A DNA stretch of 64,000 nucleotides from Octopus sinensis (Eukaryota), in the NCBI RefSeq assembly GCF_006345805.1, contig NC_043016.1:11098001-11162000 (forward strand). Direction: 5' to 3'. Of this stretch, positions 22,250 through 35,752 are shown one piece after another (positions within the stretch are counted from its first letter, which is position 1; every line of letters begins with the position of its first letter). The translations under genes were made by a program, and so were the position numbers. The notes beneath the pieces were generated by a model. The model was not told the DNA's origin. It worked only from the letters and a program-made list of their open reading frames with translations, and did no database searches.

Positions 22250-22420
22250 ATCCCTAGTGCACACAGCATGGTGAGATTCTGTGACCAGGTTTTGCGTAGA
22301 TGTTCTGCTTGCTATGGGCAATCCTTCTGATCCATTGTCATCTCCTCTGTAAGGCTCAGTATCTCGAGGTCAGATTTCACAACCTCATCCCATAGTGATT
22401 GGTAAAGATCTCTAAACATT
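22250..22420 (-). mobile_element. RTE LINE 3' end fragment
   Basis: WDEVVKSDLEILSLTEEMTMD motif. Confidence 0.55.
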
Positions 22421-22745
22421 TACTAAGACATTTGAAGATGATGCAATTCTATTTAGTGCATCCTTCTTTATGAAACAAACAATTAGTATTGCATATTCCT
22501 TTGAAGAACACAATTGAAAGAATACAAGAACTCCATCCTACAATGTTTTACATCAACAGCTTGGACCTTGCCATTTTGCAAGTAGATCTTGTGATTCAAC
22601 TCTTTCATCATTTATATTGTTCATGATGCCAAATCTCCTGGACACAAGTCTAAATAAATATAGACAAATGCCCAAGGAACTCAGATCTATAAAGATAAGT
22701 AGATAGAAATAGATTCTGCTGAATTTAGAAAGTTTATTGGATCGA

Positions 22746-22797
<52 letters not shown>

Positions 22798-23469
22798 ATG
22801 CATAAATGTACATATAAACTTATATATGAATACATACATCCACATGCACGTATTAATGATGTATAGAAATACATGACAGGTATACATAATATTGAAATAC
22901 GCAACCCATATTGATTCTTGTGTGAAGGAATCAATGGCTTCATAAAGTAAACGCACGCAGACAAATACATTAACGAATCAAATTTTAAAAAAATAACTTA
23001 CAAAACGCTATAGAAATAATGAAGAGACGAAAGAAACAGTTAGATGATACATGTTGACTTTATTAAGTAACAGATCATTTTACAGACGCTAAACTATAAA
23101 TTTCACAGGATACAACTTAAAGTTGACACCACGTAAATACAGAAAATTTCTGTCTCAATATTGGCTAAAATATAGTTTTTTGGTGGGATGGATTTTTTCG
23201 ATTTTTAAACGCCTGTAACTTTTTCGACAAATGTTTTCTCCACAAGATCATGACTTCACAGGAATAAGCGTGGAAAGCTGCATCAACATAACCGATTTTC
23301 AGATTTTCACTTCCTTTCAAAAAATACAGGTTTTGTGAATGAATGCACTTTTAACGACATGTGCAACGGTCACGTTTTTTACCGTCTATACATTTTAATA
23401 GAACTCCCGTCGTTACAATAACTGTTGTTATTATTGTTCCTATTACTAAACAGAACATTGTTCCTGAAT

Positions 23470-26400
23470 CCATACTGTGAAGTTACGGTTACTTGACACT
23501 CCTTAAGTTGTAATAGTGTTTATAATCCTTTTGGCATTCTAAGGCCCCGTGTTTTCACTTTTATGTTACCACCGTGTCCCGGATTGCGCCGATAATATTT
23601 TGTTTAGAAACACCCCTTGTTTTGCAGGAGATGCGCAGCAAAATATATTGATTTTTAACAACTTAGGGAAAAAATACAAATATTTTGCCACTTGCCTTAT
23701 TTATTTAAAGATGGCTGATAAAGAAGTCATCATAATGTTCCTTAATGACGCGTTCCTTGTTGGAGAAAAGACAAAATGAAGGCGTAGCGTGGAACAAACA
23801 TGATGACGTCACTGAGGCGAATACAGTTTCGTCTTTGAAATGCGTCAAAACATTAGGCGATTATGACGACAACAACAGCAGAAGCAACACTAGTATAAGT
23901 GGCAAATAACAACAACAACAACAGCAACAACAACGATACTAACGAAGTGAAACTTAGAAACGCTATTAACATCACTGCTACCGCCACCACAACTTCCTCC
24001 GCTTCAGTGGAGGTTTCTTTTGCGATTGCTACGAGAAATTTGGAAGATTTCCGATGAAGAAGATCTGAAAATGGCCAGAAAAATTGTTAAAGAGAATGAG
24101 AGAAGAGTATCCCTAAACCCTCCATCCGACGTGGTCGAGAATATCTTAAGATGTATGGGCACATACCGCTGCATCGGACTGAAGAAGAAGCCAAGTGTCA
24201 TTCTGCTACCACTTTGAGGAATGAAAACTTCTTAATCCCCAGCTATCGTGGTCAACGCCTTGCTAAGATTAGGATGTTGATCATGTCACCAGAAATATCC
24301 ATCACTTGGTTAGTGGCGGCCGTCGTGGCAGGTTTAGAAGGCGATGTAACAATGTTGGCGGTCAAGAAAATGTCTAAGCAAAACTGGTCAGGTATAGGTA
24401 TGGAATGACCTTACAATGCAAGCAAGCCTATATCGACCAACTGCCCGATCTAATCGATCCCCCACATGGTACTCACCTGTCAGTGTTAGTGGAAGATAGA
24501 AGGCTATGATATCACATATGTGGGTCTGTGACTCGCTTAAAGGCTTTCTGCCCAGAAAGAAGAAAAACCAAACTCCACTGCTGCTGACACGACGGACACC
24601 ACAAACGAAAAATCATGCAAAACGTGCCAAAGACTCTTACACCCACACCCATACCAAGACAAAGGGGGAGTCTACCCCCGGTTGCCACGGAAAAACAAGC
24701 TACTCCTAAACTCTCTGCCTCCTAAACCAACATCAGCTGCAATGACATGGAGAAAGAAGAGCTGACCAAACAAAGGATCACTTGTGATAAAAGGTGGTAG
24801 GCAAATAAGGGGTAGAGTACATAGCCCTGCTCCAAGAACTCAGCAATCCAATTCACAACCACAACAAAAACAAGAACAGCAACTTTAAAAACAGCAACAT
24901 CATCAACAATACTATGAAACCACAGAAACACAGAAACAACCAATTACAGAACATCAGAAACAAGAATATTCATCAGATTGCAGACGAAATGTTTCCACCA
25001 ATTTCACTGTTGTAAACAAGCGCAACAGTGAATTGATGAATTTTGTAAATCAAAATATAAACAAAATATAGACAGAGGGAATGGAATTAGAGAATTTTAT
25101 CCTCAAAACACCGAAAGACAGATTATTATTTAAAAGGTCGTCAGACGTTTATAAAACAATACGAGGAAAATTCCCCATGTAGTGTAGAGATTTTTAATAA
25201 TTCAGTTGATAAAAGGCTTTCGGAAGAGCCTTAAAAAAAAATTCAGTTGATAAAAGGCTTTCGGAAGAGCCTTTAAAAAAAATCGACAGTAGAGAGGCTC
25301 GGAAATTCTGAGCTTCTCGAAAATCAGGGTGAGTAACTTCCTCTTTTTCTTTCTCCGACTAGCATGATTGTGCTGAGAATGGGGTGTGCGAATCTACGTG
25401 GCCTGAGATCAGATTGGAAGCAAGGTCACTTTGCTCAACGATCTTAGGTCGTTTGATTTAAATGTAACTGCAATTAGTGAAACAAGGATCTCCGGAAAAC
25501 ACGCTCTTGCATCCATTTCGAGGACTACGAGTTGTTCTCATCAGGGGCGGGTGGCAATGTAGCAGTGCTACTCCGGAAATTCTTAGATCTCCAAGTACGG
25601 TCTATCTTCTTTGACCCTGTAATGGTCCTGGACGAGAATGGCAGCGAAGGTGATGCCTTTTGACCTGTGATGGTTTATACTCCAACAGGGGCTAGAAGGC
25701 CAGATTTCTCCAAGCGTCTAGAAACATTCTTGGGAACGTCTCGCACTTTAGGACTAGTGAGGGACTGGAATAGTATTTTGGACCCACAGAAGGATTGTGC
25801 AGGTTTAGTACATAGCAGAATGGGGTGTAACAGCCTCAGAAACCTGCTTTCCGGCTTCCTGACAGGTACCGACTGGATTTCGCTGATGTGTGGACATGGA
25901 GCAACCACAGCGGGTCATTTAGATTGTATTTGGATAGCGTATTTATTAGGGCAGAGGATATGGATATCATAGGCTGTCCACAATCTAAATTAACCAATTA
26001 CACAGATCACAAATTTTGTGACGTGCACAGTCGATTTAGATAGGACCCGTAGTCAGGGACCCGGTTATTAGTAGTTGAATGCGTCCTTACCGGCACACAG
26101 AGTACGCGTAGGGACTAAAGCCGCCCGATGTGCCCGAACGGTAGTGACGCGATGTTGAAACAAAACCACGATCATGTCTTTGACAGATCAGGACGGTTCT
26201 GAACAGATGTGTGCGGCTTTCCAGCAGCACTTTGTGCGGCTTTTTGGGGAAGGTGATGGGTCCTCGACGGTAGCGGACTTTACTTCGAACCTAGACAGCC
26301 TACCACAGCTCTCGTAATGGACGTGAGATTCTGCGAAAAGCCGATTACAGCTTCTGGAATACGGTAGGCGATGAGCGATTGCACAAGTCGCAAATCGCCC

Positions 26401-28252
26401 GGTTTGGGTGGTCTGCCCTACGAATTCTATGTACTCATGCCAGATTTGTTTGGCAGCCTTTTGGCAGATGACTACATTAACTGGCGACAGAACGGAAAAA
26501 ATCCTAATGCTGTTAGCCGGAGTTTGGTAACACTGCCGAGAAAGGACACTGACGATGGGGACGTGCTTGGGAATTTTCGGCTCATAACTCTGCTAAACGG
26601 ATAGTTTAAGATTTTGGCCAAAATGTTAGCTAAAAAGTTGGCGCTTGCTGATAATCCTGTCGGAGAGGCCCAAACGTGCTCAATCCCGAGCAGGTCTATC
26701 CACGACAACCGCCACCTTGTGTGACACACCATTGAGAAGGTTGGGACTAAAGCTGATTTTGGTGGGACGCTGTTCAATTTAGATCAGTCGAAAGCTTTCG
26801 ATAAGGTCGACCATCGCAATTTGGAAGCCACCCTTAAAGCGGCCGGTTGTTTCGGACCCGTTTTCAGAGGTTGCATTGCTGTAACGCACAGCGACACCTA
26901 TCGGTGGTCAAAGTAGATGACCACCTATCGTAACCGTTTAGTATCGCACATTCAGTCCGTCAGAGCTGCCCGCTCTCACCTCTTCTACATGTGATGGCTC
27001 TCGAGCTACTGCTGCGGAAGTTGGGACAATTAAGGGGCATCCCTTTTGAAACTGTTTACTTTCTTGTGGAAGGGACGCGTTCCCATGGTAAGGCGGTCAA
27101 TTTGCTGCCAACTCCCTCTGCCTGGCGGCTTAGGCATGCCATGGCTTTTGATGCACAAACACGCACTCAGGTTGCACCACCAGGAACGATTTGTAGAAGG
27201 TAAAAGTGTGGGGGCTCCATTTGTAAGACACGCTTTTCTATGGCTCCTCTCTTCGACGGTGCTGCAGTCCTGGATAAAAGGTAGGCCGAGACTGGGCGCC
27301 TGGCCCCTAGAATGCCATCAAGTACTCACTATCCTCTACAAGTCGGAGAATAGCATCAATTGATGTTTCACTTTAAGCTATATACAGAGGATTAGTAGCG
27401 AGGAAGTGAGATGAGGTCCTGGGGGAAACCCTAGGGGTCGACGAAGACGAACTGGCTGGTCTATTCCGGAGGACTTTCTGGTCGGGGACTACTATGGATA
27501 ATTTTCAGATGCCTTTAGCTTGGCAGTGCTGCCGGTTCGAGATAAACTCTACAGGTGCTGTCCGACTGGCATCTCCGAGGTGCTCGCAGAGTGACGAAAC
27601 CGTTCTGCATGCACTCGTTCAGTGTCCGGGCATTGCTGACTCGTGGGGTTATGTCGAACAGCTGCTGTCGCGTGTAGGACGGATCCGTCTGTTGTCCGAA
27701 TTCATAACGATGATTGTCCCGCCTCCCTCCTTTAATCGGGTAGATAAAGCAGTTTTCCTTTGCTTGGTTGCTGTGGCGAAAGAGATTGTCTGGTGGACGA
27801 GGCTGAAAGGAATGAGGACAGGGACATTCCTCTTTGGTAAAGTCCTCATCGACTTTTTCCAGTTTCAACTGAAGAGGAAAGTGGAGGTGGAGAGGGAGGT
27901 GCTGTCTTCAAAGTGAATTTATCAAAAGGTTGGTGTGGAAGTTGCGAAAATGGCAAGAGTGGACCGTACCACTCTCAGAGTAGACCTGCAAGTCGGAAGA
28001 AAGAAGTTGGAGAGGGCTCTCGCCCTTGGTATTCAGGGTGATCTTGGATGGTGGGGGTTCCTCCTGAATCAGGGGACTCCCATCACGATCCTTTCCCTCC
28101 TCTTTTTCTACTGTCATATACTATATATATTTCCCTTCTTCTAATGTATACCGTGTATGTTTTATCATTTCATTATAAGTAACCCCCCACACTTCATGAC
28201 TGCTTTTGTATTGTCCCTCTCGTCCTTCGCCCTGGTGGAAAATTAAAAAAAA
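23470..28252 (+). mobile_element. Near-full-length decayed Tx1/L1-like LINE (ORF1 from 23711; ORF2 25364-~27980)
   Basis: ORF1 knuckle remnant HICGSVTRLKAFC; APE region (VYTPTG, DWNSILDPQKD); RT KSPGLGGLPYEFY, FRLITLLN, DQSKAFDKVDH, CPLSPLL; FLWKG..GGLGMP; C-terminal C..ETVLHALVQCP; A-rich end; YADD segment deleted. Confidence 0.88.
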
Positions 28253-28271
28253 TATTATTATTATTATTATT

Positions 28272-29810
28272 GACTTTTAATCTGCGTAGTTGTTACAATC
28301 ACTTGCCGAGACACACCCAGTGTCCTGGGGTGAGTGAAGAATAAGACATGTTACAGTATGACTGGAAGTTTGGGGAGGGACGGTGGTGAAATATCTTCGT
28401 ATAATACAACACAGACATTTAAATGGATAGGGTTTTTCTAAGGATGTGGACAGTACTTGTCAGCACAATCTTTTGGATTTCTGTGAGACACGGTTCTCCT
28501 GGGATCTTATCTAGATGTTTCTGACATCCCTTTTTTATCATACCTAGAGCACCTACAATAACAGGAACAATTCTCGCTTTAAGATGCCACATCTTTTGTA
28601 TTTCAATTTCCAGGTCCTTATATTTACTCAATTTGTCAAATACCTTTACAGATATATTTCCATCAGTGGGAACGCTTATATCTATTAGTGTGCAAGTATT
28701 TTCTTCTCTGTCTTTAATAATTATGTCTGGTCAATTAGTCTGGATCATTCTATCGGTGTTGACTGGAAAATCCCAGAGGAAAGTGACATTTTTACCTTCA
28801 ACGACTGGCTCAGGGTGATGTTCATACCAGTAAGGAAGAGTGCTGATTTTGTAGTGTTTACATATTTTCCATTGTAAATACTGTCCGACCCTATCGTGGA
28901 GATTTTTATATTCATTTGGTGTCAGCATAAGACATCCCGAGATGAGATAATCTATTGTTTCATCAAATGTGTCACAGAATCTGCATTCAGGGTCAGAACC
29001 GTTTTGAAGAACATTAGCCTAGTAGTTTTTTGTGAGTAAGCTTTGATCTTGTGTCGCCAATATGAAATCTTCAGATTCTGCTTTCAGTCCTGAACTTCTC
29101 AGCCACGGATGGGTTATGGTTTGATCTACATCAGTATTTTGATTTTGAAGTATATATACTGTCCATGAAGAGGCTTCTAGCTCCTTCGCTCCTTAATTTG
29201 TTTCTATCCATTCTTTTTCGCAGTCTGCTCAATCCATTTGGTTTGTTTTGTGGCAGTGGTTTCGGGTTCTTCAACTATTTCAGGATTAATATCAAGTTCT
29301 CTTGTGGATTTGCAAGCTTCTATGACAATCAAATGTAACATTTTGCTGCTTTCGTGTTTGCACACAAGTCGCAGCACTCAGCCTTCTGTACATGATAAGT
29401 ATCTGTTTGCTATTGTGGATGTCTTATAGGACATTTCTACCTGCATCATTCCCCTTCCCCATTACTTCTAGGTAAGTACAGATGATCAACATCTGCTTTT
29501 GGGTGGTGCATGTTCTTAGATGTTAGTAGTCTCCTAGCCAGATGTTGGAGCTCTATAAGATTCCAGTTAATGATGTTAAAATTGTATTAGACTACTCGAA
29601 GTGCCAGGGTGTTAATGGCTTCGATGCAATTTTTAGAGTTGAGTTCAGTTTTTAGTATGAGCTCCTGTAATATTCTTTTCTTATTTTTTCTTCATGGTAG
29701 CATATTGTATACCGAGTTCTTCGTTTATCCCCAGGTATTTATAACTTTTTTGTGGGCCAAGCTCTTTGATGGTAGTGTTGGTATTTAATTTAATGGTAGC
29801 TGTTTGCCTG
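28272..29810 (-). mobile_element. 5'-truncated Dong/R4-like LINE with 3' UTR ending in (AAT)n
   Basis: YKYLGI, LYLPRS, LKAESE..ATQDQ, CRFC..ETIDYLISGC, HDRV, PDIIIKD..LIDISVP, KYKDL, VPVIVGALG. Confidence 0.9.
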
Positions 29811-29827
29811 AGCTTGCTTCTTACAGA

Positions 29828-30360
29828 AGTTACTGTATTACTTCTAAAAGTTACTGTATCACAAGTTACTGTATTACTTCTAAAAGTTACTGTATCACAA
29901 GTTACTGTATTACTCCGTAAGTTGAAAAAAGATTTGTAATCTTTTCGGCCTTCTAAGGCCTCGTCTTTTCATTTCTGCTGTTATCATTACATTTCGGAGA
30001 TTGTCTGGATTGTACAGTAAGTATTTTTGTGTAGGAAAATACTATCTGCAAAACAGTGAGTGCGTATAAATAATTTTTGAATTAAAACAAATATTTCGCA
30101 ATTTTCTGCAATTTTTTAAAAGTTAGCTGATGAAGAAGTCTTTATAGTGTTCGATAAAGGAACACAATCCTCAGAAAATTTTGAGAACAAGGAAATAAAA
30201 GAGAATATCAACATAGAATGGTCTAAACTGAATGACGTCACCGGGGTGAGAATTTTTCGTCTCCAGGAAACGTCAAAACTTTAGACCTTACGTGTCGACA
30301 AAGAGAACAACAATAACAGCAGCAGCAGTGACAACAACAACAATAATAGCTAGACCCGTG
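29828..30360 (+). mobile_element. Diverged Tx1-like 5' region headed by a 36-bp tandem repeat
   Basis: CTTTTCGGCCTTCTAAGGCC, GCTGATGAAGAAGTC and TGACGTCACCG align with 1135-1440 and 23530-23815. Confidence 0.55.
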
Positions 30361-30689
30361 AAAAATTCACGGAAAACACTAAAAATGTAAGCATCTGTAA
30401 ACAGTATACTGGTGCCATGAGAAATGTTTGTATATTATGACTGTCTGTCTTTGTGTTCTGAGTTCAAATTCTGCCGAAATCGACCTTTTTGGTTTAGTGG
30501 AGCGGAACGTTTTGCTGGTATTCTTTTATTCTTTTACTTGTTTCAGTCATTTGACGGTGACCATGCTACAGCCTGGTGTTTATTCTATCAGTCTTTTCTA
30601 CTGAACAACTAAATAACAGACGCGAACGCACCAACATCGGTGTGAAGCAATGGTGGGATAAACACAGACACAAATACACGCTCACACAC

Positions 30690-31093
30690 ACACAAACATA
30701 CATACATAAATACATACATACATACATACATACATACATACATACATACATACACACACATACATACATACATACATACATACATACATACATACATTCA
30801 TACATACATACATATACATACATACATCATACATACATACATACATACATACATTCATACATACATACATACATACCACACATACATACATACATTCATA
30901 CATACATACATACATACATACATACATACTACATACATACATACTACATACATACTACATACATACATACATACATACATACATACATACATACATACAT
31001 ACATACATACACACATACATACATACATACATACATATATACATACACACTACATACATACATACGTACATACATACATACATACATTCATAT

Positions 31094-31124
<31 letters not shown>

Positions 31125-31692
31125 CATACATACATACATACATACATACATACATGCATACACGCATACATATATACATACATACATACATACATACATA
31201 CATACATACATACACACATACATACATACATACATACATACATACATACATACATACATTCATACATACATACATACATACATTCATACATACATACATA
31301 CATACATACATACATTCATACATACATACATACATACATACATACATACATACACACATACATATATACATACATACATTCATACATACATACAGTCATA
31401 CATACATACATACATACATACATACATACATACACACATACATATATACATACATACATACACACATACATACATACATACATACATACATACATACATA
31501 CATGCATACATACATACATGCATACATACATACATATATACATACATACATATATACATACATACATACATACATACATACATACATACATACACACACA
31601 CATACTACATACATACATACTACATACATACATACATACATACATAAATACATACATACATACATACATATACATACATACATACACACACA

Positions 31693-31726
<34 letters not shown>

Positions 31727-32145
31727 CATACACACATACATACATACATACGTACATACATACATACATACATTCATATATACATACATACATACATACA
31801 TACATACATACATACATACATACATACATGCATTCATACATACATACATACATATATACATACATACACACATACATACATACACACATACATACATACA
31901 TACATACATGCATGCATGCATGCATGCATACATACATACATACATACATACATACATGCATGCATGCATGCATAGATTCATACATACATACATACATATA
32001 TACATACATACAGACAGGCATACATACATACATACATACAGACATACATACATACATACATACATACATGCATACATACATACATACATACATACATAAA
32101 TACATACATACATACATATATACATATATACATACATACATACAT
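30690..32145. repeat. ~1.45-kb (TACA)n microsatellite
   Basis: Read directly; source of the 507-aa YIHT pseudo-ORF. Confidence 0.97.
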
Positions 32146-32797
32146 GATGATGGCTGCCCCCTCGTTATCGAGTATGGCCATTGCATGAAGCTTAACTGTT
32201 GTTGGTGCTGTGATCGAATGTGACTTTTATTTGCTTTTTAAGGCTACAGCCAGCCATTCAGTTGAGACTCACAGCACCATCAACAATCATGAACAATGTT
32301 GTTATCATGCAATGCCTGTGCAAGAAGATTTTTTTTTAAGTGAGGAAAGGCTGTGCACTGAGTCAATCCCACTCACTATGCAACAGCAGCCATAATCCGA
32401 AAAAAAAGAACAAGTCAACATCATCGGTAACCACTGAGCCGCAGGTTTTATGTTGGAGTTATCCCAGTTACCTGAGTTACCTTCTCCTTGAAGGATGCCC
32501 TAACAAAGGCTAGGAGTCCTTCACTCCCAATGGTTTAACCGCACGATCGGGTATTCAGTCCGATTATTTCTATGTCCCCGCGCATGATACAGCCTTAAGA
32601 CATTTATTGGATGGCCGTTGACTCTCAGGAGTTCCTCCGCCCTTTGACGGGTTTTGTTTTTCATCCCGCAGGGTGACCAATAAACGCCCTCTTCACCAAG
32701 CAAGCTTGGTGGGTTTGCCGGTTTAGTCGCCGACGACCCGACCATGCAACAGGTTGTACTGGGTTACATGTTACCAGTAGCACTCGAAAGTAACCTG

Positions 32798-32828
<31 letters not shown>

Positions 32829-32924
32829 TACATGCACATACATACACAAACACATACCTAGAGAGAGAGGCAGACAGACAGACAGACAGTAAGTGTCAGT
32901 CCACAACGAAGTTTTCACCTCTCA

Positions 32925-33430
32925 CTCTCACTCTCTCTCTCTCTCTCTCTTTCTCTTTCACTTCCTTTGCGTCCCTCCTCTCTCCCGCTTTTCATTTAAC
33001 AATATGTATATCCATCTATGTATCTACTTCTCTTGCAATGAACGCCGTCATCACTCACTGTCTCTTTCACTCTCTCTCTCTATTTCTCACTCACTTTCTC
33101 TCTCTGCCTTTCTCTCACACTCTTTCTTTCTCTCTTAGTTCTTCTCTGGAACATTTAAAACACAAAACGAACACCGTCACCACTCACTCTCTCACTCTCT
33201 CTTTCATTCACTCTCTCTCATTCTCTCTCACTCTCTCTTTCCTTCACTCTCACTCATTCTCTCTCATTCTCTCTTTCCTTCACTCTCTCTCATTCTCTCT
33301 CACTCTCTCTTTCCTTCACTCTCTCTCACTCTCTCTTTCCTTCACTCTCTCTCGCTCTCTCTTTCCTTCACTCTCTCTCGCTCTCTCTCTTTTTCTTTCT
33401 CTCTTACTTCCTCTCTGCCCTCCTCTCTTT
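32925..33430. repeat. (CT)n-rich tract with ~36-bp internal periodicity
   Basis: Repeating CTCTCTTTCCTTCACTCTCTCTCATTCT units. Confidence 0.85.
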
Positions 33431-33549
33431 CGCTTTACCACTTCTTCGAAGTGTGACACCACACAGGTTCGTACAAAAATAAAAAAAAAACGCATTAATA
33501 TTATTGATAATAACAGGAACAACAAATACGAAAGAAATAAAACATAAAA

Positions 33550-33835
33550 ATGCAAATATCAACCCCCGTTTCTTTTGCGTGAGCGACGGGAAATATGGAG
33601 TGCTTCCACACAGACGAAGAAGAATTAAAATTTGCTAGAAAAATGGTTAAAAGAGATGGAAGAAGTCTGGCTCCAAACCCTCCAACGGACGCGATAGAAA
33701 ATATCGCAATATGCAAACAGGTCACATACTGTTGCGTCGGAGTTAAATCTCGGCAGATGGAAAATGCTCTCGTGAGCGAAAAGTTCCTTGGGTGTCTACG
33801 GGAACAAAAGTCCCAAACTTACAATCGCAAACCAA
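33550..33835 (+). mobile_element. Diverged Tx1-like ORF1 fragment
   Basis: VSFA..DEEELKFARKMVKRDGRSLAPNPPTD is homologous to DEEDLKMARKIVKENERRVSLNPPSD (24050-24130). Confidence 0.65.
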
Positions 33836-33842
33836 ATATATA

Positions 33843-34137
33843 GGATCTTTTCCTTTTGATAGCCAGCTTTCAACGCAATTTCTAGTTAACTAAACACTTT
33901 AAAAACTTCGTATACTGGTAGAATGTGTCAAAAGAAAACGTTATTTTCACTTGGCTTTCTTGAGAAAATTGTAATTTGTTCGTTTAACGTAGTTTAATTC
34001 TTCGAATTTTAACCAATCCTATGCTCTTTTCCTATGCTATGTTTTTTTTTTGATACATTCTACCATTATACGAAGTTTAAAAGTGTTTAGTTAACTAGAA
34101 ATTGTGTAGAAATCTGGCTATCAAAAGGAAAGGATCC
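33843..34137. mobile_element. MITE with ~90-bp TIRs, GGATC termini and 8-bp TSD
   Basis: GGATCTTTTCCTTTTGATAGCCAG...CTGGCTATCAAAAGGAAAGGATCC; TSD AATATATA/AATATCTA. Confidence 0.88.
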
Positions 34138-34141
34138 AATA

Positions 34142-35030
34142 TCTATATATATAAAACTCTAGTTGTGTGAGTGTCTGTCCCCTTCGATTTAGATTCCTAA
34201 CTCCTCCCACATTTTGCGGTGCAGTTTAACCAAATTCGGGTTACTTATAGTCGTGATTCATATCGAGCCCGTCTGACTATTACGCGCGTCAACGATGAGT
34301 CTACGATTTAAAAATAATTTAACATCATTTTTTTTCCATTTTAATGCATAAAATGCATCGTGTGTCGATGGCGGCGGAGTTGGCGTCCACGCTCACAGCT
34401 GCACCTGTTTGCTTCTCCCCCTTCCCTCCCTCGTGAAGCTGTGGGGAAGGGAGTGTAAAGAAATCAACGTCGTAATGCGTTGTGAAGGAAACCAGCGTTC
34501 TTTTAGAACAACGACTTCATGGCTTGAAGACACCAAAACAAAAATGGCTAAGAAAGCCCGAATTTATAAGGGAAGTAACTCTCTAAAAATGCTTATATAG
34601 TTATTTCCTTACAAACCCGAGCAACGCCGGGCGATACTGCTAGTCTTTATATATAAAAGTGAGGTTGTGTGTCTGTCTCCTACGATTTAGATTCCTAACT
34701 ACTCCCACATTTTGCGGTGCAGTTTAACCAAAACCGGGTATCTTATAGTCGTGATTCATATCGAGCCCTTCTGGGTATTAGCATGAGTCTACGATTTAAA
34801 AAAAAATTTACCATCATTTTTTTCCATTTTAATGCATTTTTTCGCTATTATATAAGGGAAGTAACTCTCTAAAAATGCCTACGATGAGTCAACAATTTAA
34901 AAAAAAATTTACCATCATTTTTTTTCCATTTTTAATGCATTTTTTTGCTATTTTTTGGCTATAACTCTCTAAAAATGCTTATATAGTTATTTCCCTTACA
35001 AACCCGAGCAACGCCGGGTGATACTACTAG
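34142..35030 (+). mobile_element. Two head-to-tail non-autonomous Helitrons (34142-34643 and 34644-35030)
   Basis: 5' TC, 3' CTAG, subterminal CCCGAGCAACGCCGGG hairpin, inserted between A and T. Confidence 0.88.
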
Positions 35031-35389
35031 TATATGTATATAAATGTATGTGTGCGTGTCTGTGTGTGTGTATACATAAACACACACAGACACAGACCCC
35101 CCCCCATACACACACACACACACATGATGAGCTTTGTGCAGTTTACATCAAACAAATCCACTCAGAAGGCATTGGTCAGGCCTGGGACTACAAGTCCCAG
35201 GCTGACACTTGCCCAGGGTGTCGTGCAGTGGGAATGAACTTGAAACTCCAAAGTCACAAAGTGTATTTCTAAAGCACTCGGCTTCACCTCAAGGTGATCC
35301 GACATCTCTTTCTAAACAACTCAACAATTTCTATACATTCTATACATGATTTTATTTTACTTCCCCCTCTCTCTCTCTCTCTTACTATG

Positions 35390-35735
35390 AACCCTTTGAT
35401 ACCAACCCACCTGAGACCACCTCCATTTTAAAGTGATCTAAATTAAGGCCTTCCATCAAAATTTCACACTAATTCATTTTCAAACTACAAATAGTTGAAT
35501 GTGGCAATTCAATGCTTTTGATATCAAACCCACCAGAGACTGCTGCTGGTTCTTTGTTACATATTTTCCGCTTTAAAGTCATCCGAAAACTTTTCATCAA
35601 AATTCACTGTTAATTTATGTTCTAAACATCGGTTTAATAAACACCATTATTTTTACTAAATTCTTCCATATTTTCAAAATTGTTTGAAACAAAGCCAGTG
35701 TATTTCAACAGAAAAATGGTAACAAAAGTGTTAAA
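35390..35735. mobile_element. Degenerate piggyBac-like MITE pieces (another at ~36150-36307)
   Basis: AACCCTTTGATACC start and GGTAACAAAAGTGTTAA end. Confidence 0.5.
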
Positions 35736-35752
35736 ATGATCTAAATGCAGTG

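Noticed and set aside
30576-32223. Long YIHT/MYVC ORFs (also at 13548-14078, 44525-45241, 46542-47877, 49712-51098)
   Set aside because: They are translations of stop-free (TACA)n/(TATG)n microsatellites, open in several frames on both strands.
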